From IMG/VR virus record IMGVR_UViG_3300021962_000117, positions 1 through 59,596 of that record: a stretch of 59,596 nucleotides of DNA; one strand, written 5' to 3'. The stretch is from a virus. Its lineage: Duplodnaviria > Caudoviricetes. Of the stretch, positions 35,522-45,240 are shown in pieces. Numbering within the stretch: the first letter of the stretch is position 1; each line of letters begins with the position of its first letter. The notes beneath the pieces are model-generated. The model was given only the letters and a program-made list of their open reading frames with translations. It did no database searches and was not told the origin of the DNA. The translations under genes and the position numbers were made by a program.

Positions 35522-36136
35522 ATGGCAACTCCAAAGAATAGTCCAAGCGCCAATAGTAGAGAGTCTTCAACAGCAAAATCTAATTTTCATACAACAAAAT
35601 TAGGACAAAAAGACGGAAACATATCTTTTGGTAGAATTAGCAAAGATGGAACTGTTATTAGTGATGTTGCTTTGCAGGGGGAAGATGGAAGACACCAATT
35701 AAGCCTCGATAAAGATGGTCCAAGAAAAGGATGGACATCTTCCACTAGTCCAGGAAATTTCCAGGTTATGTGTGGGCTTGATAAGGATGGAGAAACTGAA
35801 TCTCTAGTTCTATGTGCTCAAAATGGAAACATTGCTATCAGAGCTCTAAATGGTAGAGTAAGAATAGAAGGTTTGGACATTGATATAATTGCTAAAGGTC
35901 CGCAAGGAAATATTCATGTTGTAAGTAGTGAAGGAATAAAATTAGAATCAAAAAATATTGTAATCGATGCTTCAAATGCATGGAAAATTGCTTCTACTGG
36001 ATTGGGCGAGATTGTTGCCAATTCTACTTTAGAAATATACAGTTCTATGATTAGAGGAGTTACAGATGCTTGTGCCACAAAAGACAGCAAACTAGGTGGC
36101 AAAGATATTCAACAAAAAAATACAAAGTTGCAATAA
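35522..36136 (+). CDS. Probable gp5 C-terminal beta-helix-like spike protein
   Basis: Periodic strands (NGNIAIRALNGRVRIEGLDIDIIAKG...GNIHVVSSEGIKLESKNIVIDAS). Confidence 0.55.
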   Translation: MATPKNSPSANSRESSTAKSNFHTTKLGQKDGNISFGRISKDGTVISDVALQGEDGRHQLSLDKDGPRKGWTSSTSPGNFQVMCGLDKDGETESLVLCAQNGNIAIRALNGRVRIEGLDIDIIAKGPQGNIHVVSSEGIKLESKNIVIDASNAWKIASTGLGEIVANSTLEIYSSMIRGVTDACATKDSKLGGKDIQQKNTKLQ

Positions 36137-36188
36137 ACAATATAAAAGTGTATAATAAATACTCTATATCCTGATCTAATATTTAAAT

Positions 36189-36971
36189 ATGTCGATGCTG
36201 TTTGACGATGTTGCCCTTGGTGGTCAACTTTTTGTTGGTGCAGGAAAACCTATAGCTCTTGGTTTAGGTCCAGCAAAAGTTAGAGGATCAGCATTCATAG
36301 AAGGACCACAAATTGTTGGAGATCCTGGAGCATTCCCAGGAGTCTTAGCAACTTTGATGGTTGGACCATGCGTAAATTCAGATACTTCAGTTTTGCCCAT
36401 TCCTGGGTCATTGTGTTTTGGCGCAAATAATTCTCCATACTCTTTATTGGTGTCTGGAGACGCTGCTGTTTTTGAAAACTTTGATGTAAGTGGAACTATT
36501 AATGCTGGAAAAAATATAATTGCCAATGGAGAAGTTATGTCTCGTTGCGGAGGTCATATTCTTTCGGCAAAGAAAAATTTTGACATTCCCCATCCATCAA
36601 AACCAGGATATAGACTAAGACATACTTGTCCAGAGGGACCTTCCAATGACGTTTACTGTCGAGGAAGAGTAACGAAAAATGAGATAGTTCTTCCAACCTA
36701 TTGGAAAGATTTGGTTGATTACACAACTATCACCGTAACTTTGACTCCTATTGGTGCTCACCAAGATGTAATTGTCAAACGTTGGGATGAAGAGAAGGTA
36801 TATCTTCAAGCAAGACCAGGAATGCCTATCAACTGCTTCTACCAAATTTTTGCTACTAGATCTGATGGAGAAAGATTGATTCCCGAATACGAAGGAACCA
36901 GTCCAGAAGATTATCCTGGCAACAATGACGAATATTCAATCTCAGGATATCATTACGATAGGAAAAAATAA
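36189..36971 (+). CDS. Virion-associated hypothetical protein
   Basis: C-terminal FDIPHP...RLRHTCPEGP...VYCRG domain; ATAAATA at 36155. Confidence 0.75.
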   Translation: MSMLFDDVALGGQLFVGAGKPIALGLGPAKVRGSAFIEGPQIVGDPGAFPGVLATLMVGPCVNSDTSVLPIPGSLCFGANNSPYSLLVSGDAAVFENFDVSGTINAGKNIIANGEVMSRCGGHILSAKKNFDIPHPSKPGYRLRHTCPEGPSNDVYCRGRVTKNEIVLPTYWKDLVDYTTITVTLTPIGAHQDVIVKRWDEEKVYLQARPGMPINCFYQIFATRSDGERLIPEYEGTSPEDYPGNNDEYSISGYHYDRKK

Positions 36972-37690
36972 TGGCAAATTTTAGTTTTAATCACACTCCC
37001 GATGATGGAACTTGTGATCAAGGAATTTATGGCACAAAGAAAACTAATCTTCAGTATATTGCATATGCTTCAACTGGAGATATTGAGGATGATTATCCTG
37101 ACAATGCTTGTGATAGATTCATTCATGGAAATGCTCAGATCGATCAACTTCAAGTTAATACATTATTGGATGGCAATGGAACTGTAAACGTTGGCGGTGA
37201 TGTTAAGTCTAATGGAGGAGCGCACATTCTTTCAAACAAAAAGAATCTTCCATTTGATATGCCTCACCCTAATAAGAAGGGATGGAGACTTCGCCATGTT
37301 TGTATTGAAGGACCAGAAATCGCTGTTTACTGCAGAGGAAAAATTCCTGCAGATGGCATCATTAACCTTCCAACGTTCTGGGATGGACTTATAAATCCCG
37401 ATGATATGTCAATCAGTTTAACTCCGATTGGTTCATGGCAAGAACTCTTTGTTCAAGAAATTCGTTGGGGAAAGCAAGTTGTTGTCAGAAATAATGCTGG
37501 TGGTCCGATTAATGGTGATTATTATATCGTTGCCCGTAGACTTGATGATGACCTAATCGTTGAGTATGAGGGAGAATCTCATGAAGATTATCCTGGCGGC
37601 AATGAAGGATACTCTTTCAACTTCGAGCACAACTATGTTAAGGATCTGATTCAAAAATTTGTCGCTGAAACCCTTGACAAGGGATCCTGA
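36971..37690 (+). CDS. Paralogue of the preceding protein
   Basis: FDMPHP...RLRHVCIEGPEIAVYCRG...EYEG...EDYPG. Confidence 0.75.
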   Translation: MANFSFNHTPDDGTCDQGIYGTKKTNLQYIAYASTGDIEDDYPDNACDRFIHGNAQIDQLQVNTLLDGNGTVNVGGDVKSNGGAHILSNKKNLPFDMPHPNKKGWRLRHVCIEGPEIAVYCRGKIPADGIINLPTFWDGLINPDDMSISLTPIGSWQELFVQEIRWGKQVVVRNNAGGPINGDYYIVARRLDDDLIVEYEGESHEDYPGGNEGYSFNFEHNYVKDLIQKFVAETLDKGS

Positions 37691-37702
37691 TCATCCTATA
37701 AT
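37674..37702 (+). promoter_or_regulatory. Consensus sigma70 promoter
   Basis: TTGACA-N17-TATAAT. Confidence 0.85.
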
Positions 37703-37728
37703 ATGTGGGTAATCAAGGGACCTTCCCA

Positions 37729-37911
37729 ATGCAAGATGAATTTTTGACCAAGTGCGTTGTTGATCCGAGCACTCGTAAATTTTACATCTACTCTAATGAA
37801 GGAGATTCTAAAGTTGTAGACTGCGAAACCATGGATCAGTTTATGGGTGTTCTCTCATACATTCGCGAAAATTGCGATGAAGATGTTGTATCCTATGCAA
37901 ATCCTCTGTGA
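37729..37911 (+). CDS. Conserved cyanophage hypothetical protein
   Basis: MQDEFLTKCVVD...YSNEGD..VDC...QFM.VL. Confidence 0.75.
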   Translation: MQDEFLTKCVVDPSTRKFYIYSNEGDSKVVDCETMDQFMGVLSYIRENCDEDVVSYANPL

Positions 37912-37959
37912 TTGAACATCCACCATCACTCTACGAAGAAATCCTAAAGTGCTACGAAT

Positions 37960-38139
37960 ATGAGACCAGAAACAAGACACTCTATGGAAATGTTGTTCGC
38001 GGCAAAATGGAATTTGCCCAAAGCAGCGGCAAATGCGGGTCTGACCAACAAGGAGATGAAAATCACCTTTAACGAATATTGTGCTTTTCATCCACCTACC
38101 TACGAAGTCGCAACTGATGTTGTAAAAATTGAAGTCTAA
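37960..38139 (+). CDS. Hypothetical protein (59 aa)
   Basis: Hand translation MRPETRHSMEMLFAAKWNLPKAAANAGLTNKEMKITFNEYC... Confidence 0.7.
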   Translation: MRPETRHSMEMLFAAKWNLPKAAANAGLTNKEMKITFNEYCAFHPPTYEVATDVVKIEV

Positions 38140-38152
38140 CAAGACTTTTTTT

Positions 38153-38236
38153 GGGAGCGTGGCGGAAGTGGTAGACGCACCAGACTTAAAATCTGTTGGG
38201 AGTATTCCCGTGTCGGTTCAAGTCCGACCGTTCCTA
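38153..38236 (+). tRNA. trnL: tRNA-Leu (anticodon TAA)
   Basis: Acceptor GGGAGCG/CGTTCCT-A, D-loop GGAAGTGGTAGA, anticodon arm CAGA-CTTAAAA-TCTG, long variable arm, GTTCAA T-loop; CCA not encoded. Confidence 0.95.
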
Positions 38237-38256
38237 TATACTAAAAAGAAAATACG

Positions 38257-38535
38257 ATGGCACATAGGATAGAAACTTCTTATCGTTGGTTGATCAACTA
38301 TGAAGATAACACAGCAAAGTTGGTTTTAACCTATGGAATCAGAGGATTTGTTTTTACTTTTGATGATGTTGAAGATAAAGAAAATACAATAGAAGTTCAA
38401 AATATAGCAAATGAGCAACCTGAATTGTCACACGAAGAACTTTATAAGCAATCAGGTTACCTAATCATGGAAGAATGTCATCCATGTTTATTTGAAATGG
38501 ACATTGAGAATCCAGAAATGTTGCCAATAGATTAA
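38257..38535 (+). CDS. Hypothetical protein
   Basis: 92-aa ORF. Confidence 0.7.
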   Translation: MAHRIETSYRWLINYEDNTAKLVLTYGIRGFVFTFDDVEDKENTIEVQNIANEQPELSHEELYKQSGYLIMEECHPCLFEMDIENPEMLPID

Positions 38536-38536
38536 A

Positions 38537-38719
38537 ATGAAAATTAACTTATGGTATTCTAGTGGAATGGGACAATGGAGATGGACACTATGCGAAGAAA
38601 ATAACAAAGGAATTGACTCCAATCTTCAATATGCTGGACAACATCCATTTTTGCGTGAAGCAATGAACGATGTTGCTAACACTGTAGAATATATTTTAGA
38701 ATCAAAACAAAGTGAGTAG
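38537..38719 (+). CDS. Hypothetical protein
   Basis: MKINLWYS..MGQWRWTL...AMNDVANTVE. Confidence 0.7.
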   Translation: MKINLWYSSGMGQWRWTLCEENNKGIDSNLQYAGQHPFLREAMNDVANTVEYILESKQSE

Positions 38720-38729
38720 AAATACCTAA

Positions 38730-39344
38730 ATGAAATCTGATTTTTATATAGATAGAGTTAGTAAAGAAGAAGTAAAAGATCTTCTTTATAATCATCATTA
38801 TCTTAAAGATGAGTCCAAAGATTTCAAATCGGGGTATAACTATGGGCTTTTTAAACGGACTGAGTGGGAGTGTCCTCTTAGGATTGGCAAGTGTCTTGGC
38901 GCTTGCATTTTTACTGGTCTCCCTGTTCCAGAAATTGCCAGAGGAGCATTTGGGTTAGAAAGAAATCAACAGGAAGGTTTATTTGAACTTTCCCGTCTTT
39001 GTATGGATCCAGAAGTACAGAAAGAAGAATATAATATTACCTCTTGGTTTGTAAGTCGTTGTATAAGGAGGTTTAGGAAAGATGCCACAGTTCGTGCTAT
39101 TCTTAGTTACGCTGACTCTAATCACCACACTGGAACTATATACCGAGCTTGTAATTTCAAATATTATGGGTTAACAGATCCAAAAAAAGACTTTTATTAT
39201 GCTGATGGCACTAAACATTCTCGTGGCAGTGTTAGAGGATCTGAAGGAGAATGGAGAGATAGAAGCCGTAAACATAGGTATCTAATGGTTTTTGAATTTG
39301 GGTTAAATGTTTTGTGGAAAGAAGAAAGTTATGGTGTAATATAG
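38730..39344 (+). CDS. mom: Mom-family (GNAT-fold) DNA modification protein
   Basis: HHYL, FELSRL, SWFVSRC, ILSYADSNHHTGTIYRACNF.Y.G, KHRY motifs. Confidence 0.8.
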   Translation: MKSDFYIDRVSKEEVKDLLYNHHYLKDESKDFKSGYNYGLFKRTEWECPLRIGKCLGACIFTGLPVPEIARGAFGLERNQQEGLFELSRLCMDPEVQKEEYNITSWFVSRCIRRFRKDATVRAILSYADSNHHTGTIYRACNFKYYGLTDPKKDFYYADGTKHSRGSVRGSEGEWRDRSRKHRYLMVFEFGLNVLWKEESYGVI

Positions 39345-39405
39345 AGAATTTCCTCTTTTTCTCTTATGATAAATAATCTATAACGGAACTCTAAGCATTA
39401 ATAAG

Positions 39406-42400
39406 ATGGGTCTTTCCAGGTTAGATAATTTTTTAAAGAATGCTCGTGGTAACATTCTTTATGTAAACCCAAACGATTTAGATTCTACAGATAGTATCGA
39501 GAATCAGGGCAATTCACTTACTCGACCATTTAAATCTCTGCAGCGTGCTTTAATTGAAGCCGCAAGGTTTTCATATCAGAGAGGTTTGAATAACGATAGG
39601 TTTGGTCAAACCACAATTCTTTTATATCCTGGCGACTATCCAATTGATAACCGTCCTGGTTGGATTCCTGATGGAGTTGGCAACTTCAAATTACGAAATG
39701 GGTCATCCAGTAGTAATTTTTCTCCATGGGATTTAACAACCAACTACGATTTAACAGTTGCAGACAACGCACTGTATAAAATGAACAGTATCCACGGTGG
39801 AGTTATCATTCCCCGTGGTACATCTATTGTAGGTATGGATCTCAGAAAAACTAAGATCCGTCCTTTGTATGTTCCTAGTTCCACCAACGATAATATAGAA
39901 AACTCTGCCATCTTCCGTGTTACTGGAGGATGTTACTTCTGGCAGTTCTCTTTCTTTGATGGAGATCCCAACGGTCAAGTATATACTGATTATACTGATA
40001 CTAAGTTTGTTCCAAATTACTCCCACCACAAATTAACTTGTTTTGAGTATGCTGATGGATCCAATAATGTAAGCATCGCTGATGCTTTCATGACTTATAG
40101 TGCAGACAGAACTGATCTGGACATGTACTATGAAAAGGTTGGTCTTGCATATGGACAAGCTAGTGGAAGATCTGTTGAGCCAGATTATCCTTCTAGTGGA
40201 TTAGACATTCAACCGAAGGTTGATGAGCACCGTATTGTTGGATCTACAGGCATTTCTGTAGGTATTTCCAGCATTCGCTCTCATGATGGTTCAAGCACTA
40301 GCGTATCCACAACAAATATTACAGTAACAACTGATTCTGCAATAGATGGATTAGATGTAGATACACCTTTTAGAATTACAGGAGTTGTTGAAGATGGATA
40401 TAATGGTCAATATGTTGTCAGTGAAAAATTAAGTTCCACAGAAATTAAATATCAAGTCCAAAATCCACCTATTGAACCTTCTCCTACTTCAACTGGAGCA
40501 AATCTTTCACTGCAGTCTGATACTGTAACATCAGCATCTCCATATATTTTCAATATATCGATGAGATCTGTCTTCGGTATGAATGGACTTCATGCTGATG
40601 GATCAAAGGCAACTGGATTTAAATCCATGGTTGTTGCCCAATTCACTGGTATTGGATTGCAAAAAGATGATAGAGCATTCGTATTATACGATACAACCAC
40701 CGGAGAATGGAAAGATTCTACCAGTCCCGGAAATGCTACCTTAAGTAATAATTCCAAAGCAGTATACAAACCAAATTACGCAAACTACCATATCAAATGT
40801 TCCAATAATGCGTTCATTCAGAACGTATCTATTTTTGCTATTGGATATGCAAATCAATTCCTTTGTGAATCTGGTGGTGATATGTCAATCACCAACTCAA
40901 ACTCCAACTTTGGTGCTAAAGCACTTTTATCAAAAGGATTTAGAAAAGAAGCATTTTCTCAAGATGATATAGGATATATTACGCATATTCTTCCACCTAA
41001 AGAAATTGAAAATGAAAATGTTAATATTGAATTTAACTCTATTGATGTATCCAAAACTATTAGCGTAGGAAATAGCACAAGACTCTATCTCTATAATGAA
41101 ATAAACTCTGATGTTCCTCCAACCAATATTATTGATGGATACAGATTTGGTGCTAAATCCGGAGATACTCTTGATGTATTGATTTCCGTTGGTGGATCAA
41201 TTACTAAGTATTCTGGATCCATTTATATGGAAGGATCTAATGTTACTTCCAAAAAACTTTTCCGTGTCAATCAAAGTTCTGCAGGAGTCAATAGCGTCAC
41301 GAGTAATGTTGTTGAACTTACAGCAGCACATACATTATCAAACGGAGAGAGTATTAGAATTATATCCGAAAATGGAAGTCTTCCTGATGGATTAATTCCA
41401 AATAGAATTTACTATGCGATTACTAGCACATCGTTCTCTGGAATCACCACAAACACTCAGTTGAAAATTGCAAAAACACTGAACGATGCGGTAGCTGGAG
41501 AGCCAGTACCAATCAACGAAAAAGGTGGATCGATTAAAATCGAAAGCCGTGTGTCTGATAAGAGTGCCGGAGATCTTGGGCATCCACTTCAATACGACTC
41601 CGTAGAATCTCAATGGTACGTTACTGTTGGTTCCGATAATACAATTTATCCTACCATTGTTGGACTTGGAACAACTGCTCTTGGATCTGCGACTCCAAGA
41701 ACTTTCTTCACCAGACAACCAGATACAAGAAATGCAAATGACACTGTATACAGGGCTCGTTATGTAATTCCCGCTAATGCTGGAGGAGTTGTAGCAAGAC
41801 CACCTCAGGAAGGATTTATTCTTCAAGAATCAAACACTTCTATCGGTTCTACTACAGGAGAAGTTGAAACTTACTTTGGAACAGGTTCTATTAATAACGT
41901 AAATCAATTAAGAAACTTTAGATTAATTTCTAATGTTTCTTGGAGTGGTGGAAAGGTATATGTCACAACAGAACTTCCACATAACATCGAAGTTGGACAT
42001 GAAGTAGAACTTTATAATATTAAGAGCACTTCAAATACAGCAGGAACTCAAAATGTAGGATATAATAAATTATGGACTGTAAGCGAAGTTCCACATGCGA
42101 AGCAATTTGTTTTTGAATCTTCTGCTGATGAAGGTTCGTTTACAAACAATACAAATCAAAGAAATACAAATCTTCCATATTTCAAGAGAAAGAGATTCAA
42201 AGATACCTATGTTGTTTATAGGGTTGAAGAGGCAAAACAATATATTGCAGGTAGACAAGATGGTATCTACTATTTGACTTTCTTAAATTCCAGCAACTCT
42301 CCGACAGTAACACCATTTTCTACTAATAGATATCTCCAAAGTGTACAGGAATTTTTCCCACAAAACAATAAAGATAATCCTGTTTCTGATCCATTAGAAG

Positions 42401-45240
42401 CAAGATCCTTTGCAACTTCAGATCTGATTGGTAAAGTTGTTGTAAATGATGTTCAAAGTAGCATAACAAAAGAAACCATAAACAAACTTGTCGATGATAC
42501 AAAACTTGGTATTGGAGTTACTGATGTTATATCTTATGATCCAGGATTAGTTGGATCGGCACAAACTCATACACTTAGAACTCATGTAGATCATGGTCTC
42601 AATAGAATAACAAGAGTTAGTATTGCTAATAGTGGATCGGGATATGGATCTGGAATATCTGGAAATGTATACAATGCCACTCTTACTGGACTTGCTGGTT
42701 CCACAACAGGGCAATATGCTACAGCTAAAATTACTGTAGATGCCGCTGGTGGAATTACAGATATTAAGATCATGGATGGTGGTAGTGCTTATGCTGAAGG
42801 TAATACTCTTGCCATTACAGGCATCAGCACCTTTGCTCCATATTCACAGGCAACCGTTACTGTCAGCAAGATTTACAATAATATTGGAGATGTTATCGAA
42901 GTAGTTGGAATTAAGTCCGAATCAAATCATAAGTTTAATAGACTGTATAAGATTTCGGAAATTCCTGTAGGATCAGCTAGAAGTGTTACTGTTTTCTCCT
43001 ACGAATCAATTTCAGGAGTTACAACAACAGGTTTAAATGCCAGCTTTACATCTAACGCATATGCATACCTTACCGGACCCGCTTTGTCGATATCTTCTTT
43101 AGACTATAACAACACTGCTGGTATCGCTACTATCGTCACTGCGTCTAGACATGGACTTTCTGTTGACTCTAAAGTAAGAATTAATAGTTCCACAACTCTG
43201 TTTAATGGAGAATTCATTGTAAAGAGAAAGATTGACTTAGTTACTTTCTCTGTCGGCATTGGAAAATCTATTGCACCAACTTCTCTCTCAGGGACAGCGG
43301 AAGTATTTAAAACAGGAAGAACTTCTAGGGGTGGAGTTGTTAATGGTGATAATGAGAACCTGAATGGAAGAATGTCAATCGGTTACGCTGGCATCACAAC
43401 AACATTAGGATCTGCTATTGCTACGGCAACTGCGGAAAATATTAATATTACAAATGTAGGAAATCTCGATATCAACATCGGAGACTATCTGATGATTGAT
43501 AATGAAATCGTCAGAGTTAAAACAAATGTACCAAGTACTCCAACCAATCCTATAAATGTCTTCCGTGGTGTACTTGGAACAAGGGCAACAACACACTCAA
43601 CAAATTCCATTGTTACTAGGGTAAATGTTCTTCCTGTCGAACTGAGAAGACACTCTATTATGCGTGCTTCTGCACATACTTTTGAATATGTTGGATTTGG
43701 TCCTGGAAACTATTCTACTGCTTTCCCAGATAAACAAGATCGCTCTATTACTCCTGATGAAGAACTTCTAGCTCAATCTACTAGAGAAGATGGTGGAATT
43801 AACTTCTACACAGGAATGAACGATAGAGGAATTTCTTATGCTGGTAACAAGAAACTTAGTACTGTTACTGGACAAGAAGAAATCTTTGATACTCCTATCC
43901 GTACTGTAACTGGTGATGATATTGGAGTAATTCCAAACATCAACGTCATTAGTCCAATCGAAGGAATTTTCACACGTTCTATTAGAGTTGAAGGAGGAAC
44001 AGATAATAGCGCGTCATCCGAATTCAATGGTCCAGTAATCTTTAGTAATAAGATTACTTCTACATCTGAAAAAGGAATTGAAGGTGCTTCATTCTTCATT
44101 CAAGGTGATGCAACTGTTTCTAGAAAATATACTGTTGGAATTGCAACACCAGTTCTTTCTGGCACTCCTGGAGACGTAGTATACTTCGACAATCCATCTG
44201 CAGGTGGATATATTGGATGGGTCTATACTTCAAATCAAGACTGGTATCGTTTCGGCAATGTAAGTCTTTCTAAGAATCTTAACATCGCTCTGTTTGATCA
44301 GGTTGGAATTGCAACAACATCCCCAGGAGTCAACAGACTTCAAATAGGATCTGGTTCCAATTTATTTGCAGTAGATACCAATGGAGTTGGAATTGGAACA
44401 AGCGCAAATCTTTACAAACTAAATGTTCGTGGAAATACTAATATTTCTGGAACTTTATATGCTGGATACTTTGCAGGTGACGGATCTGGTATTACTAACC
44501 TCAACGCAGCTGCGCTTGGTTGGACTCAAGTTACAAATGGAATTTATAATTCAAATCTAACAAGAGTCGGTCTTGGAACAACAAACCCAAGATTTATCAC
44601 TGAAATTGGAGCTGTTGGAACTGGAGCAACAACGTTACATGTTAATGGATATGCTAACTTCGTTGGTTTCCTTTCTGCCACTAACCTAAGAGTTAGTGGA
44701 ATGCTAACGGCAAATGCATTTGACTTTAATTCTACTAGTGGTCAAATCAATGCTGGTGTCGGAACATTCACGAAGATTGTAGTTGGAACCGCAATTTCTA
44801 CATTCGGATCCAATGTCGGAATGGGTACAGAAACACCAAGAGCGAAACTTGACGTTGAAGGATCTGCTAGATTTAAATCATATTCCGAAGGTGTAGAGAT
44901 TCTTGATATCAGTTCTGGTGTAGTAACGGTAGACTTGTCTAAGGCAAATAACTTCACTTTAGAAGTTGATGCTGTTGTTGAGAAATTTGAAATTCTCAAC
45001 TGCCCATCAGATGCTACTTCTTGGATGGTCAAAATTGATCAAAACTCTACAGGTGGTTATTCCGTTGGCATTACTACATTCGTAGACAGTGGTGCCAATC
45101 CAATTAATCTCTATTGGCCAGGTGGAGGAGTTCTTCCTGGAGTGACAACTGAAGCATCAAGAACAGACATCTACTCGTTCAAAACGTTTGATGGCGGAAC
45201 AAACTGGTACGGATTCGTCGGAGGTCAGAACTTCTTATGA
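39406..45240 (+). CDS. Large virion structural/tail protein (1944 aa)
   Basis: MGLSRLDNFLK...PFKSLQRAL N-terminus, beta-helix-like region, VGIGT repeats, fibre-type C-terminus; ATAAATA at 39369. Confidence 0.85.
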   Translation: MGLSRLDNFLKNARGNILYVNPNDLDSTDSIENQGNSLTRPFKSLQRALIEAARFSYQRGLNNDRFGQTTILLYPGDYPIDNRPGWIPDGVGNFKLRNGSSSSNFSPWDLTTNYDLTVADNALYKMNSIHGGVIIPRGTSIVGMDLRKTKIRPLYVPSSTNDNIENSAIFRVTGGCYFWQFSFFDGDPNGQVYTDYTDTKFVPNYSHHKLTCFEYADGSNNVSIADAFMTYSADRTDLDMYYEKVGLAYGQASGRSVEPDYPSSGLDIQPKVDEHRIVGSTGISVGISSIRSHDGSSTSVSTTNITVTTDSAIDGLDVDTPFRITGVVEDGYNGQYVVSEKLSSTEIKYQVQNPPIEPSPTSTGANLSLQSDTVTSASPYIFNISMRSVFGMNGLHADGSKATGFKSMVVAQFTGIGLQKDDRAFVLYDTTTGEWKDSTSPGNATLSNNSKAVYKPNYANYHIKCSNNAFIQNVSIFAIGYANQFLCESGGDMSITNSNSNFGAKALLSKGFRKEAFSQDDIGYITHILPPKEIENENVNIEFNSIDVSKTISVGNSTRLYLYNEINSDVPPTNIIDGYRFGAKSGDTLDVLISVGGSITKYSGSIYMEGSNVTSKKLFRVNQSSAGVNSVTSNVVELTAAHTLSNGESIRIISENGSLPDGLIPNRIYYAITSTSFSGITTNTQLKIAKTLNDAVAGEPVPINEKGGSIKIESRVSDKSAGDLGHPLQYDSVESQWYVTVGSDNTIYPTIVGLGTTALGSATPRTFFTRQPDTRNANDTVYRARYVIPANAGGVVARPPQEGFILQESNTSIGSTTGEVETYFGTGSINNVNQLRNFRLISNVSWSGGKVYVTTELPHNIEVGHEVELYNIKSTSNTAGTQNVGYNKLWTVSEVPHAKQFVFESSADEGSFTNNTNQRNTNLPYFKRKRFKDTYVVYRVEEAKQYIAGRQDGIYYLTFLNSSNSPTVTPFSTNRYLQSVQEFFPQNNKDNPVSDPLEARSFATSDLIGKVVVNDVQSSITKETINKLVDDTKLGIGVTDVISYDPGLVGSAQTHTLRTHVDHGLNRITRVSIANSGSGYGSGISGNVYNATLTGLAGSTTGQYATAKITVDAAGGITDIKIMDGGSAYAEGNTLAITGISTFAPYSQATVTVSKIYNNIGDVIEVVGIKSESNHKFNRLYKISEIPVGSARSVTVFSYESISGVTTTGLNASFTSNAYAYLTGPALSISSLDYNNTAGIATIVTASRHGLSVDSKVRINSSTTLFNGEFIVKRKIDLVTFSVGIGKSIAPTSLSGTAEVFKTGRTSRGGVVNGDNENLNGRMSIGYAGITTTLGSAIATATAENINITNVGNLDINIGDYLMIDNEIVRVKTNVPSTPTNPINVFRGVLGTRATTHSTNSIVTRVNVLPVELRRHSIMRASAHTFEYVGFGPGNYSTAFPDKQDRSITPDEELLAQSTREDGGINFYTGMNDRGISYAGNKKLSTVTGQEEIFDTPIRTVTGDDIGVIPNINVISPIEGIFTRSIRVEGGTDNSASSEFNGPVIFSNKITSTSEKGIEGASFFIQGDATVSRKYTVGIATPVLSGTPGDVVYFDNPSAGGYIGWVYTSNQDWYRFGNVSLSKNLNIALFDQVGIATTSPGVNRLQIGSGSNLFAVDTNGVGIGTSANLYKLNVRGNTNISGTLYAGYFAGDGSGITNLNAAALGWTQVTNGIYNSNLTRVGLGTTNPRFITEIGAVGTGATTLHVNGYANFVGFLSATNLRVSGMLTANAFDFNSTSGQINAGVGTFTKIVVGTAISTFGSNVGMGTETPRAKLDVEGSARFKSYSEGVEILDISSGVVTVDLSKANNFTLEVDAVVEKFEILNCPSDATSWMVKIDQNSTGGYSVGITTFVDSGANPINLYWPGGGVLPGVTTEASRTDIYSFKTFDGGTNWYGFVGGQNFL

